NCBI GenBank assembly: GCA_963666985.2
Contig: CAXXIA010000002.1
Coordinates: 2,048,001 to 2,112,000 of the forward strand
Direction of reading: 5' to 3'
Length of the DNA stretch: 64,000 nucleotides
DNA from: Spirochaetia bacterium
GTDB lineage: Bacteria; Spirochaetota; Spirochaetia; DSM-2461
This document shows positions 20,552 to 30,864 of the stretch, piece after piece (within the stretch, counting starts at the first letter, position 1; each line of letters starts with the position of its first letter). The position numbers were made by a program, and so were the translations under genes. The notes under the pieces were generated by a model that was not told the origin of the DNA, searched no databases, and saw only the letters and a list, made by a program, of their open reading frames with translations.

Positions 20552-21217
20552 CTATTTTAATTCGGGGCTGTTTGGTTCGATTTTTAAGGAATTCTTTCGT
20601 TGCCGCAAAGTTTTTCCGAAACGAAGAATTCCATAGACAATGAGAAGAAATCCCACACCCAAGTTCAGTATCCGAACAGCGGCTTCAGGTATGTGTTTAT
20701 GAAATATCGATACCAATGACATGGAACAGACAAGAAATAATGGCGTTGCGGATCCGGCTCCAAGGCCGAATAGAGCAAGTGCGCCTCGTGAGTAATTGCG
20801 ATCAATCGCCTTTGCCGTAAAGACACTGCTCCAGAAAACAATCGTCAGCGGACTTGAAACGGTTAATAGTATTCCGGCAAAAAAACAAGTCCATTTGCTG
20901 TCGGTCAGTATTGAAGATTTCGGAGCGGCCGTTTCCGTAAACATTCCGGAGTAAACCATCACAATGCCGAAAAGAATTAAGACAATTGAACTGATAATCC
21001 CCAGAAGAAAGCGGGCCGATTTCTTTTCCAGCAGTTTCCCGATGCCAAGGAAAGAGAGTGAGATATAGACAAAATCTATGAGTGTTACCCCTAAGGTTGC
21101 TGCGACTCCATTTAAAAGTCCGGTATTCAGAGTGATATTCAGAATCAGAAAGAAAACCGGTCCAAGAGCCAGTTGAAGAAAGAAACCTGTAGAGAGTCCG
21201 TCAATAAATGTTTTCAT
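20552..21217 (-). CDS. LysE family translocator
   Basis: LQLALGPVFF, LLTVSSPLTIVFW; hydrophobic. Confidence 0.85.
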   Translation of the reverse strand: MKTFIDGLSTGFFLQLALGPVFFLILNITLNTGLLNGVAATLGVTLIDFVYISLSFLGIGKLLEKKSARFLLGIISSIVLILFGIVMVYSGMFTETAAPKSSILTDSKWTCFFAGILLTVSSPLTIVFWSSVFTAKAIDRNYSRGALALFGLGAGSATPLFLVCSMSLVSIFHKHIPEAAVRILNLGVGFLLIVYGILRFGKTLRQRKNSLKIEPNSPELK

Positions 21218-21381
21218 TAATATCTCCCGAAATCAGGAACTCATTTCTTGGGATTCCAGCGTTTTGGTTTAGAGATCACCGGCGTGTGATGGTTTTGCAA
21301 GGTACCCATAAGATCCAAGTGTTATAATCGAAGGTTCCTTTAAGAACTTTTCGCTTGCTTCTCTAAAAACAATTTCGCCCG

Positions 21382-21846
21382 TTACTTCCGCCGGCAGTTC
21401 AAGATCCGCTCCGCGGCAGGTATATTCACTTCCCAGACGAAAAATTGATCTCCGCCGTACATGCTTTCTTTTGGAGGGACATCGCCTCCGGCAATGAACT
21501 TCATCGTAACTCGTTGAATCGGGCCCTCCGCCGCCTCAAGATGTCCTACCACAGTTCTGCCTTCTGCCTCCGAATGTAATTTTAACGACTCGGGAGAGAC
21601 ACGATAGCATAAGCTTTGAGGATAGCGGTTCCGCATATACCGTGCCCCAATATCGCTGTTCACATAAACGGTAACCGGCTTTGCCGTATCCTTGTTATGA
21701 ATAATAATAAAGCAATCAAAGGAGCCGTACGCCGGCGAATGGATTCGAGCCCACTCATAGAATCCGGGGATATGCGCAAAAGGGCAGTAAAATTCATATA
21801 TGTCATGCATTTGTTGGAGATTAAGATAAAACAAAAGTACTGTCAC
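21382..21846 (-). CDS. Hypothetical protein, possibly degraded or frameshifted
   Basis: 154 aa ORF; a second frame continues from ~21430 to a stop at 21269, and an in-frame stop lies just upstream of the GTG. Confidence 0.4.
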   Translation of the reverse strand: MTVLLFYLNLQQMHDIYEFYCPFAHIPGFYEWARIHSPAYGSFDCFIIIHNKDTAKPVTVYVNSDIGARYMRNRYPQSLCYRVSPESLKLHSEAEGRTVVGHLEAAEGPIQRVTMKFIAGGDVPPKESMYGGDQFFVWEVNIPAAERILNCRRK

Positions 21847-21996
21847 CTGTAAATAGCGGTTGCGTTACCGGGAGTACATTTTGCGTGACATAATCTACCT
21901 AAACAGCCGCTGACGTGATTGCGGCGGAGTCGGGAAAAAAACGAGAGCATGCTCGGAGGATGGGTATCTTTCCGTCGGCCGCCGGAACGGCCCTTG

Positions 21997-23037
21997 CTAA
22001 ACCAGCACGTACTGTATCGTGACATACGCCGCGTAGAGGCTCAGCAGCCAAGCGCCCTGCCAGCGCCGGAAACGGCCGTTTTTGTCCATGCCGATGAAGA
22101 TGCGGAAGGAAAGAATGATCAGCAGCATCGCCGGGAAGTGAAACCGGAAGAAAGTCGGCGGAACGGCCAGGGGAACCGCCGTGGAGGCCGCTCCGATAAC
22201 GAAGAGAGCGTTAAGAACATCCGCGCCGACGATGTTGCCTACGGTTATTTCAGGATGACCTTTCTTGATGGCCATAATCGCCGTTGTGAGTTCCGGAAGC
22301 GACGTGCCGAGGGCGACCATTGTCGCGGCGATGACGTCTTCGGGAACCCCCAGCCGACGGGCCGTTTCACTGGCCGCCGGTATCAGCAGACGGGAAGCGA
22401 TGATGACCAGGAGCAGTCCTCCGAAAAGCATCAGAAATGTGACGATGAGGGAAATCTCCCGGCCGGAATCTTCGCTTTCCGCTTTCGCATCGGGATTGCC
22501 TTCGGAGCGCGCCCACCGGTAGGTCATGACAAGATAAACACCCAGAAGGAGAACCAGGACAATACCCATCTCTCGGGAGATAATCGGTTTCCCGGGATGG
22601 ATGAGCACGGCCAGTCCGGCCAGCGCCACCAGAAATACCGCCGAACCGAGCTGCCACCAGCCGGTCCTGTTCAGAATCCATTTATTAATGGGCGGCGCCG
22701 CGATGAGGGCCGTCAGGCCGAAAATCAGACCCGTATCGGCAATGATGGATCCCACGCCGTTTCCCAAAGCCAAACCCGGATTTCCCATGAACGCCGCCAT
22801 GACCGAAACAAAAGCTTCGGGCGCCGTGGTGCCGATACTGAGGATGGTGGCTCCGATGACGATTTTCGGAAGACCGGTTCGAAGCGCAATGTTCACGGCT
22901 CCGTCGATCATCCAGTCCGCGCCTTTGGAAAGAAGAAAAACGGTGAAGACTATGGCCAGAAGCAGGCCCCAAAGCGGGAAGGAGGCAAACACTTCGGCCA
23001 AGGCGTGTTCATCGACGACATAGGTCCATATGTTCAT
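21997..23037 (-). CDS. Calcium/sodium antiporter (YrbG/CaCA family)
   Basis: Two alpha repeats, IGTTAPE..VS and LGTSLPELTT, plus GNGVGS and GNIVGAD; start reset to ATG 23037 because the track ORF extends into the tRNA. Confidence 0.9.
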   Translation of the reverse strand: MNIWTYVVDEHALAEVFASFPLWGLLLAIVFTVFLLSKGADWMIDGAVNIALRTGLPKIVIGATILSIGTTAPEAFVSVMAAFMGNPGLALGNGVGSIIADTGLIFGLTALIAAPPINKWILNRTGWWQLGSAVFLVALAGLAVLIHPGKPIISREMGIVLVLLLGVYLVMTYRWARSEGNPDAKAESEDSGREISLIVTFLMLFGGLLLVIIASRLLIPAASETARRLGVPEDVIAATMVALGTSLPELTTAIMAIKKGHPEITVGNIVGADVLNALFVIGAASTAVPLAVPPTFFRFHFPAMLLIILSFRIFIGMDKNGRFRRWQGAWLLSLYAAYVTIQYVLV

Positions 23038-23172
23038 GTAACGTATTATGGAAGTCCGGATGGTTTGCCACAAGGAGGTCTCTCTGCAAAAGAATATTCG
23101 GAAGTATGGAAAAGGTATGGAGTGACGATACGTTTCCGTACCGTGCGGATCGGAAGCCGAAGGCTGTGCAAT

Positions 23173-23200
23173 AAAAAAAAGAGCCGCTCGGAAGCGGCTC
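23173..23200 (-). terminator. Rho-independent terminator after tRNA-Gly
   Basis: GAGCCGCT-TCCG-AGCGGCTC followed by T8 on the minus strand. Confidence 0.85.
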
Positions 23201-23205
23201 CAAAG

Positions 23206-23277
23206 AGCGAAAGACGAGATTCGAACTCGCGACATCCACCTTGGCAAGGTGGAGCTCTACCACTGAGCTACTTTCGC
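23206..23277 (-). tRNA. tRNA-Gly(GCC)
   Basis: GCGAAAGTAGCTCAGTGGTAGAGCTCCACCTTGCCAAGGTGGATGTCGCGAGTTCGAATCTCGTCTTTCGCT; promoter TTGATA-17-TATAAC at 23320-23292. Confidence 0.97.
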
Positions 23278-23435
23278 ATCGGGTGAAAAGAGTTATACCG
23301 AATACGGGGGGAATTATCAAGACCTCCTGGGGCGTTTTTCTTATTGCGCCGGCATCGGACATACCGGTGCGGCCCGGTTGCTTTAAAAAACGGATTCTCG
23401 GAGAGGCTTCGGGGGGTCATGCTGCTTCCCATTCT

Positions 23436-23900
23436 TTAACCGGCTTCCCGGTTCTTCTCCATTTCAATGACCGCGCCGCGGACTCGTCCGATGTTCCTGT
23501 TGAACGCGACGAATCGGCATTGAAGGTAGAATGCGCCTCCGTAGAGCGGATAGGCCAAAAGAGCGGCGATTCTCTCATCCCAGTTCAGTCCGTCCATGAG
23601 TATGCGGAAGCAAAGAAGCTGGATGCCGTAGGAGACGGAGAATGAAAGGAGAAAAAGAAGAATTTCGATGGGCCGGAAGCTGCGCGAGCGGAAGGTCCAG
23701 AGTTTGTTCAGCGTGAAGTTGCAGATGAGTCCGCCGGTATAGGCAAAGCGGTTCGCCCAAATGGGATTGGTATGGAGAAGATCGTTGAAAAGAAAAAACA
23801 GGCTGAAAATAACGACGGTGTTCACCCCGCCGACCGACATGTACTTCACCAATTGATGGAGCGATGGGTAGCGCCGAAGATGAACAAAGAACCGCTTCAT
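23436..23900 (-). CDS. GtrA family membrane protein
   Basis: QLVKYMSVGGVNT...NFTLNKLWTF; start at MKRFF. Confidence 0.85.
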   Translation of the reverse strand: MKRFFVHLRRYPSLHQLVKYMSVGGVNTVVIFSLFFLFNDLLHTNPIWANRFAYTGGLICNFTLNKLWTFRSRSFRPIEILLFLLSFSVSYGIQLLCFRILMDGLNWDERIAALLAYPLYGGAFYLQCRFVAFNRNIGRVRGAVIEMEKNREAG

Positions 23901-24108
23901 GAGGGATATTATGGTGCAATAAGGTTGATTTTTCATCCTCCGGGAGACTTGCTGCGCCGTTCCGCGCTGTACAGCCGGATATGAAGCACGCGCGGTACCG
24001 AGCTGCACATCCGGTGCACCGAGGATAAACCTTGAGCTTTTATTGGCGGAGGCCGATGCCGAGGCCTACTGGAACTTCGGAAACGACCGGCTTTCGGCCT
24101 CCCGTAAT

Positions 24109-26037
24109 TCAGTCCAGACCGAAAAGCTCCTTCATGGCCGCGAGGTTCCGGGAGTTCTTTATATCGAGGTCCGCATACATGGCTTCAATGCGGTCGGCGT
24201 AAAACTCAACGACTTTGTACCGGACGAGCTTCATGGTTGAGTTCACCAGTTTGTCCTCTTCGCTGAAGGCTTTCGGAATAATCTCGAAGACGGTAGGTCT
24301 CCACGCCGGCGGGATGGTTTTTTCTCCTTCATCCGCTTTTCGATAAGACTCGAATTCCTCCATGAGGACGTCCAAAGCGGTCGAGGCGTTCTTCGCTCCC
24401 CTGGTTTTGAACAGATCCTTACAGCGGGGAACGTCCAGAGTCACCAGGGCCGTGGTGTATTTTTTCTGGTCGTTGTAAACCATGATCTGATTGAAAACGT
24501 CGGTTTTGGCCGTGAGGACTTCCTCGATTTCCTCGGGCGGATATTTTTCTCCGTCCGAGGCGATGAGCAGGGCCTTCTCCCGGCCCACGACCATAAGAAA
24601 TCCGTCTTCCTCATAGTAGCCCAAATCTCCCGTCCAGAGCCATCCGTCCCGGAGCGCCTTTGCCGTGGCTTCGGGATTCTTGAAATAGCCCTTCATGACG
24701 TTATCGCCTTTTATAACGATTTGTCCCTTTTCGCCGGGCGCGGCTTCTTCGGTATCGGATTTCATAATCCGGCATTTGATGCCGGGCATTACCATGCCCG
24801 AAGTACCGAATTTGTGGCATGCGGGTGAATTCGCCGAGATAATGGGAGAGGCTTCGGTCAGGCCGTATCCCTGATAAACCGGCAGTCCCATGGCCGCATA
24901 GAATTCCTGCTGCTTCACTTCGAGAATGGCCCCGCCGCCGACGCAGTAGCGAAGCTTATCGCCGAATATTTTTTTTGTTTTGGAGAACACAAGGGTTTTG
25001 GCAAGCCAGTGGTTGAAACCGTAGCGGAGCTTCGTTCCCAGGCTCGGTTTATTATAACCATCTCCGATAAGCGCGATTCCCGCGCGAAGGCCGCGCTGAA
25101 AAATCCCGTAGATAAAATTGCCTTTCGCTTTCACCCCTTCGGTAATTTTTTTCATGAAGTTTCCGGTAAGGGAGGGGACGGTAAGGATGAAATCCGGATT
25201 CCGTTCTTTGAGGTTAATGGGGATATTGGGAATCATTTTTGCCGCGCCCTTGTGGGCATCGATAAACGAGAGTGTCATGGCTCGGGCCAACCCGGTATAG
25301 GAGGCAACTGTATGAGCGAAACTGTGGTCCAGCGGCAGAATTATCAGGTTTTCGACTCCCATGGGGAGTCCGAAGTGATCGACGGCCGTCCAGGCGTTGG
25401 AATAGTAATTCAGATGCGTAAGCATGATTCCCTTGGGATTGCCGGTGGTGCCCGAGGTGTAGCAGATGTTCACCGTATCATCTTCCTGCGCGGCGGCCTT
25501 TGAGGAGCGGACCGGCTGCGGGTCCGCGGCGTAAGCCTCGGCGCCCTCGGCGGTCATGGACGGCCAGTCGATCCAGTCGTTACCCTGCTGCAAACCGATT
25601 TCCGAAAACTTATTTTTTTCATCTTCGGTCGGAGCGTCCAGGAACACGATAAAGGGCTTTTGATCAATTTTATCCCAAACTTGAATAAGCTTGGGCAGGG
25701 TGATTCGGCTTACCGCCACGCCGACGGCTTCCGAATGATTCAAGCGGAAGGGGAATTCCTCCGCCTGAAGCTTCAACGACATCGGTACGGAAATTAATCC
25801 GGCTTTGAGCATGGCCATTTCACCGATAATCCATTCGGGCCGGCCTTCGGCGATCAAACCGATGCGTGAGGCGCGTTCAAATCCTTTTTTCAGGTACCAG
25901 GCCGCTATTTCGTCGGAGATTTTTTCGGTTTCTTCGAAACTGACGTTCTTCCAGCCTTCTTCCGTTTTGCCGCTGAGGTAGGTTCTATCGGTATATTTTT
26001 CCGCGGCTTCCGCGAGCATTTGTATAACCGTACGCAT
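24109..26037 (-). CDS. fadD: Long-chain acyl-CoA synthetase (AMP-binding)
   Basis: YTSGTTGNPKG, QGYGLTE, GDNVMKGY, WTGDLG. Confidence 0.9.
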   Translation of the reverse strand: MRTVIQMLAEAAEKYTDRTYLSGKTEEGWKNVSFEETEKISDEIAAWYLKKGFERASRIGLIAEGRPEWIIGEMAMLKAGLISVPMSLKLQAEEFPFRLNHSEAVGVAVSRITLPKLIQVWDKIDQKPFIVFLDAPTEDEKNKFSEIGLQQGNDWIDWPSMTAEGAEAYAADPQPVRSSKAAAQEDDTVNICYTSGTTGNPKGIMLTHLNYYSNAWTAVDHFGLPMGVENLIILPLDHSFAHTVASYTGLARAMTLSFIDAHKGAAKMIPNIPINLKERNPDFILTVPSLTGNFMKKITEGVKAKGNFIYGIFQRGLRAGIALIGDGYNKPSLGTKLRYGFNHWLAKTLVFSKTKKIFGDKLRYCVGGGAILEVKQQEFYAAMGLPVYQGYGLTEASPIISANSPACHKFGTSGMVMPGIKCRIMKSDTEEAAPGEKGQIVIKGDNVMKGYFKNPEATAKALRDGWLWTGDLGYYEEDGFLMVVGREKALLIASDGEKYPPEEIEEVLTAKTDVFNQIMVYNDQKKYTTALVTLDVPRCKDLFKTRGAKNASTALDVLMEEFESYRKADEGEKTIPPAWRPTVFEIIPKAFSEEDKLVNSTMKLVRYKVVEFYADRIEAMYADLDIKNSRNLAAMKELFGLD

Positions 26038-26172
26038 GGTGTGATTCTCCTATTCGTGAACATCTTAAAATGCTTGGAGGTGTTTGTACATTAAATAAAT
26101 AATCTCAATTAAGTCTTGTGGCGGGATTTTCGGAAGAGTTGGAGCATCGGTTAACCGCACGAAAAAAGAATC

Positions 26173-26239
26173 GAATCACCTCTCATTTTTTCCTTGACAA
26201 CCGTCTTTGCCATGTTACTCTGGTGAGAAGTGATTCACC
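26173..26239 (+). promoter_or_regulatory. Promoter of the liv-fabH operon with flanking inverted operator-like boxes
   Basis: TTGACA (26194) - 16 bp - TACTCT with extended TG; GAATCACCTCTCA (26173) is a 12/13 inverted match to TGAGAAGTGATTC (26224). Confidence 0.6.
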
Positions 26240-26259
26240 TATTACAAAGGAGGTTATTT

Positions 26260-27480
26260 ATGAAACGGTTCCTTATCGCAATTCTTTTCATCACAGCCGC
26301 CGTTATGGCGATGGCCAACGGTTCCGATGAAGAAACCGCGAAGCCCATCAAGCTCGGCGGTGTATGGCCTTTGGCCGACATTACCGGTGAACAGGCAAGC
26401 AAGGCCGCGCAGCAGGCCGTTGAGGAAATCAACGCCGCCGGAGGAGTTCTGGGACGTCCGCTGGAACTGATTGTCATCGACAGCGAATTCAAGCCCGATA
26501 AGGGAGCGGCCGCTCTGGAACGGTTGGCCACGGTCGATAAGGTCGACGTGTTTATCGGCGGTATGGCTTCCAGTGTTCATCTCGGACAAATCCCTACGCT
26601 GAAAAAATACAAAAAGCTTACGGTTTGGACGGGAGCCGCCAGTCATCTGGCCGAAGAAGCCATCGGTCCCGACGCCGATTGGTATTTCCATCTGCATCCC
26701 TGGGATTATAATCAGGGTGAAGGTTATGTTATCGGCTGGAATGCCATCTCGGAGAAATACCCGCAGATAGCCACCGAAAGATGGTTCATGGCGTATGAAG
26801 AAGGTGCTTTCGGATCCCCGTCTTTCGATGCATCGGTAGCCATGTTCTCCGATATGGGAACCATCGACGGAGATTCTTTTACCAGTGCCGCCGCAGGCGG
26901 CGGTGATTATACCGCGGTTCTGGAAACGGCCAAGGCGTACAAGCCGGATATCTTCCTTTGGGCCGGATACGCCGCCGATGCTCTGCCCCTTATGGAACAG
27001 TCCAAAGCCATGGGATTCGCTCCTCCTCTGTATGTCGGAGCGCCTCCGGGATGGCCCGCGGACTTCGGCGCTTCGGAGCTTGCTGAAAATGTAACACTTT
27101 ATGGCATGTGGGCTCCGTCCATCAGCGACATCAGTGCCGTCGGCAAGAAGTTTACGGACGGCTATACCGAGAAATACGGAGCTCTTCCCGCCACTTATTT
27201 CGCGCCTCTGGGATATACCGTGGTTTACGTTGTCGCCGAAGCGATTGAGCGCGCGGGAACCCTGGATACCGAAGCCCTCATCAAGGCCATGGAAGAAACC
27301 GCGTATGATTCTCCCCTGGGAGAAACCATCACCTTTACTCCTTCCAACATCATCAAGCATCAGGGCCTTCGCAATCAAAAGATCCTGCAGTGGCAGAACG
27401 GCCGACAGGAAGTTATCTGGCCCTTTGAGTACCAGACAGCCGAACCTGTGTATCCCTTCCCCGGTTGGGATAATCGCTAA
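26260..27480 (+). CDS. LIV-family ABC transporter substrate-binding protein
   Basis: Signal peptide; AVEEINAAGGVLGRPLELIVIDSE; AEAIERAGT. Confidence 0.92.
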   Translation: MKRFLIAILFITAAVMAMANGSDEETAKPIKLGGVWPLADITGEQASKAAQQAVEEINAAGGVLGRPLELIVIDSEFKPDKGAAALERLATVDKVDVFIGGMASSVHLGQIPTLKKYKKLTVWTGAASHLAEEAIGPDADWYFHLHPWDYNQGEGYVIGWNAISEKYPQIATERWFMAYEEGAFGSPSFDASVAMFSDMGTIDGDSFTSAAAGGGDYTAVLETAKAYKPDIFLWAGYAADALPLMEQSKAMGFAPPLYVGAPPGWPADFGASELAENVTLYGMWAPSISDISAVGKKFTDGYTEKYGALPATYFAPLGYTVVYVVAEAIERAGTLDTEALIKAMEETAYDSPLGETITFTPSNIIKHQGLRNQKILQWQNGRQEVIWPFEYQTAEPVYPFPGWDNR

Positions 27481-27503
27481 AGCGTCATCATTCATATAAC
27501 GGT

Positions 27504-27521
27504 GCGGGCCTTCGGGCCCGC
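27504..27521 (+). other. cUUCGg stem-loop after the SBP gene (mRNA stabiliser-like)
   Basis: GCGGGCC-TTCG-GGCCCGC. Confidence 0.55.
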
Positions 27522-27549
27522 CCGATTCGAATATTTCGGAGAATAACAA

Positions 27550-28467
27550 ATGAAAAAGCGGTTGATAATCACCGGAGGGGCCGTCGCGCTTGTTCTGCTG
27601 ATCTTATTATTTCTTTGGAAGCCCACCGTGGTTATCTATGGAGTACAGAGGGCGGGGCTCTACTCAGCCATCGCCATTCCCATGGGACTCGTGCTCGGTA
27701 TCGTTCACATCGTGAACCTGGCCCATGGTGAACTGATGATGGTTTCCGCCTACTTAACGTATTTCCTGGCCACCAAGCTCGGAATGGACCCCCTGTTGGC
27801 CCTGATTCCCGCAGCCGTGGTTCTTTTTGGATTCGGGATTCTGATTTATCGGCTGACAATCAGTCATACACTGAAGGCGCCTGAGCTGAACCAGCTCATT
27901 CTTACCTTCGGCATTGCCATAGTGCTTGTTCAAGCGGTGAATCTTATCGCCACCAGTCAGCCCCGCAAACTCAGCGTGGACTACGTAACGGCTTCGGCGA
28001 AGATGGGCGAAGTCCATTTCGGAATCTACGACTTTGTGTTCGTGGCCCTGGCCGTTGCCATCCTTTTGGGACTCCAATGGTTTTTGAAAAAGACAAAAAC
28101 CGGCAGAGCCGCTTTGGCTGTGGGGCAGAATCCAAAGGGCGCCCAGCTTGTCGGCATTAATGTTGATCGGACTTACATGCTCGTATTCGGCATTGCCACG
28201 GCTCTTGTCGGTGTTGTGGGAGGATTCTTCCTGACCAAGCAGTCTCTCTTCCCGGCCGTCGGCGGTCCCTTCACCATGAAGAGTTTCGCTCTGGTCGCCA
28301 TGGCGGGAATCGGAAATCTTCCGGCCATTTTCTTTGCGGCCCTGGGACTGGGCGTGGCCGAGGCGTTCATTTCATCGTTTCAAGGTTATGGCGGATGGGC
28401 GCACATTGTTTTCTTCGCCCTCATCATCGCGGTCATTCTGATCCGCTCCTTCAGGGGAGGCAAATAA
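27550..28467 (+). CDS. livH: LIV ABC permease (LivH-like)
   Basis: VNLAHGELMM, TKTGRAALAVGQN. Confidence 0.88.
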   Translation: MKKRLIITGGAVALVLLILLFLWKPTVVIYGVQRAGLYSAIAIPMGLVLGIVHIVNLAHGELMMVSAYLTYFLATKLGMDPLLALIPAAVVLFGFGILIYRLTISHTLKAPELNQLILTFGIAIVLVQAVNLIATSQPRKLSVDYVTASAKMGEVHFGIYDFVFVALAVAILLGLQWFLKKTKTGRAALAVGQNPKGAQLVGINVDRTYMLVFGIATALVGVVGGFFLTKQSLFPAVGGPFTMKSFALVAMAGIGNLPAIFFAALGLGVAEAFISSFQGYGGWAHIVFFALIIAVILIRSFRGGK

Positions 28468-29444
28468 TGACCGGTAAAATAGTGAAATCCACCGTATTAA
28501 TCGTTCTGCTGATTCTGGCTCTGATTTTTCCGATGATCGCCGGACCGTATCCGCAGTCCATCATGAAGACGGTTTTTGTCTATATGGCCCTGGCGCTTGC
28601 CTGGGACATTCTGCTTCGGTCGGGACAGTTGTCGTTCGGCATCGCCGGGTTTTACGGACTGGGCGCTTATGCATCGGTTTTGGCGGTGACCCATCTCAAC
28701 CTCGGCGGTGTATCGGCGGTGCTTTTCGGCGGTATTTTCTCCGCCTTGGTTGCTCTGCTTCTGGGACTGATTATCTTAAGGCTTCGTGCCATGTATTTCG
28801 CCATTACCACCTTGGCTTTGGCTGAAATCTTCCGCGTTATCATCCGAAACTGGAAAGGTTTCGCGGGCGGCCCCGATGGACTTATTCTTCCGTCGGTTGT
28901 TTTCGACGGAGCTCCCGTTCCCTCTTATCTTCTTGTTCTGGGGGTTGTTCTGATTGTTATCGGAGCCTCCGAGTTTGTTGAAAAAGGCCGTTTCCGTTTT
29001 GCCCTTACGGCCATTCGGAATAATGAAATTGTCGCTAAAAGCCGGGGTGTGAATGTTTTTACAACTCTTTTAAAGGCTTTTGTTCTTACTTCCGGTCTGA
29101 TGGGCATGGCCGGAGCCGCTTTCTCTCAGCTCTATGGGTTTGTTACCCCGGAAAACACCTTTTCGGCGGATTTCACCTTGCTGCCTCTGGCCATGGCGCT
29201 TTTAGGCGGCATCTACGGAACATGGGGACCGGTTATCGGTTCTCTGGTGCTGGGAATTATCGCCGAATACCTGAAACTCTTCATGCCTTACGGGCATCTG
29301 ATCGTTTACGGAATCATCATAATTCTTGTGATTCTTTTCATGCCGCGAGGATTCGTGGGACTTATTCGTGATATCGATACTCGGAATCGTTCCGGCAAGG
29401 GTGAAGATACCAAGACCTCTTCAAGCAAGGAGGTTCCGGCATGA
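28467..29444 (+). CDS. livM: LIV ABC permease (LivM-like)
   Basis: SGQLSFG, YFAITTLALAE, AIRNNE; start ATG 28467. Confidence 0.88.
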   Translation: MTGKIVKSTVLIVLLILALIFPMIAGPYPQSIMKTVFVYMALALAWDILLRSGQLSFGIAGFYGLGAYASVLAVTHLNLGGVSAVLFGGIFSALVALLLGLIILRLRAMYFAITTLALAEIFRVIIRNWKGFAGGPDGLILPSVVFDGAPVPSYLLVLGVVLIVIGASEFVEKGRFRFALTAIRNNEIVAKSRGVNVFTTLLKAFVLTSGLMGMAGAAFSQLYGFVTPENTFSADFTLLPLAMALLGGIYGTWGPVIGSLVLGIIAEYLKLFMPYGHLIVYGIIIILVILFMPRGFVGLIRDIDTRNRSGKGEDTKTSSSKEVPA

Positions 29445-30160
29445 AAGGACTGAAAACAACAGGATTAACAAGGAAATTCGGCGGACTGGTTGCCGTTGAT
29501 TCGGTTGATTTTACCTTGGAACCTGGCCGGATTGTGGGAATCATCGGTCCCAACGGCGCCGGAAAAACCACCTTCATTCATCTGATTTCCGGCGTCTATC
29601 TGCCCACATCGGGAACCGTGGAACTGGACGGCAGGGATATCACGATGATGCCGACTCATGAACGCAGCCGTCTGGGACTGAGCCGAACCTTCCAGATTAT
29701 CCATCCTCTGGAGAACCTGAATCTCGTGGAGAACGTGATGATCGGTTATCTGTTCGCCAAGAATCTGAAAAAGAAGGAAGCCCGCGCAAAGGCTGAAAAT
29801 CTGTGCCTTGAACTGGGATTGGACCGTTTGGAGCGCTCCGTTGACCAGCTCACCGTTCTTGAGGTGAAGAAGATGGAAATCGCTCAGGCTCTGGCCACCG
29901 AACCGTCCATTCTTTTTTTGGACGAGGTGATGGCCGGACTGACCAGCGAAGAATCTTTCGCGCTTATCGACTTCATCAAGCGAATCGGCGCCGAGAAGAA
30001 CTTGGGTATCGGCGTTGTTGAACATGTTATGGGCGTTATTAAGGAACTCACTCACAGCGTCGTGGTTCTGGACTCAGGAGCCGTTATTGCCCAAGGCCCC
30101 TATGAAGAAGTGGCGAAGCAGAGCCGGGTAATCGACGCGTACTTGGGAGGAGGCGCCTGA
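29441..30160 (+). CDS. livG: LIV ABC ATPase (LivG-like)
   Basis: FGGLVAVD, GPNGAGKTT, RTFQ, LDEVMAGL, VIDAYLG. Confidence 0.9.
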   Translation: MKGLKTTGLTRKFGGLVAVDSVDFTLEPGRIVGIIGPNGAGKTTFIHLISGVYLPTSGTVELDGRDITMMPTHERSRLGLSRTFQIIHPLENLNLVENVMIGYLFAKNLKKKEARAKAENLCLELGLDRLERSVDQLTVLEVKKMEIAQALATEPSILFLDEVMAGLTSEESFALIDFIKRIGAEKNLGIGVVEHVMGVIKELTHSVVVLDSGAVIAQGPYEEVAKQSRVIDAYLGGGA

Positions 30161-30861
30161 TGTTGACGATAGAAAACCTGAGCTGCGGCTACGGCCGCAT
30201 CGAGGTGATTCGTAATATGAACCTGGAAGTGGGTGCCGAATCGGTGGGACTGTTCGGTCCCAACGGCGCGGGAAAAACCACTTTAATCAATGCCTTGATG
30301 GGTTTCGTGAAACCGTCGGCCGGGCGTATTACGTTCAACGGCCGGGATATTACCGGTCTGGAACCTCATAACGTGGCCCGGATGGGGATTGCTCTGGTAC
30401 CTCAGGAACGGGAGCTGTTTCCTCTCATGACGGTCCGGGACAACCTTGAATTGGGATGTCTCTATATTCCCGGGAAAGAGGCGGGACTTGAGGAGAGAAT
30501 TGAACGAGTCTTCGCCGTTTATCCCATTCTGAAAGAACGTCAGAAACAGCTCGCGGGAACCATGAGCGGCGGACAGCAGCGGCAGCTGGCCATCGGCCGC
30601 GCCATTATGGCCGATCCGAAGCTGCTTATTCTCGACGAGCCTTCACTGGGGCTTCAGCCCAACCTTGTTTCCGATCTTTATGGAAAACTCACCGAGATGA
30701 AAAGCCGGGTTTCCATTCTTGTAACCGAGCAGAATGTTCGGGAATCACTCAAAGCCGTGGATCGAGGTTATGTCATGGAGCATGGCGGAATCGCCATCAC
30801 CGGCTCCGCGGAAGAGCTCAAGAAGGATCCTCACGTGGTCCGGGTTTATCTGGGGCTGTAG
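30160..30861 (+). CDS. livF: LIV ABC ATPase (LivF-like)
   Basis: GPNGAGKTT, MSGGQQRQLAIGRA, LDEPSLGL. Confidence 0.9.
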   Translation: MLTIENLSCGYGRIEVIRNMNLEVGAESVGLFGPNGAGKTTLINALMGFVKPSAGRITFNGRDITGLEPHNVARMGIALVPQERELFPLMTVRDNLELGCLYIPGKEAGLEERIERVFAVYPILKERQKQLAGTMSGGQQRQLAIGRAIMADPKLLILDEPSLGLQPNLVSDLYGKLTEMKSRVSILVTEQNVRESLKAVDRGYVMEHGGIAITGSAEELKKDPHVVRVYLGL

Positions 30862-30864
30862 GTT

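Noticed and set aside
21919..23286. 455-aa plus-strand ORF
   Set aside because: Antisense shadow of the Ca/Na antiporter and tRNA-Gly; long shadow ORFs are common at this GC content
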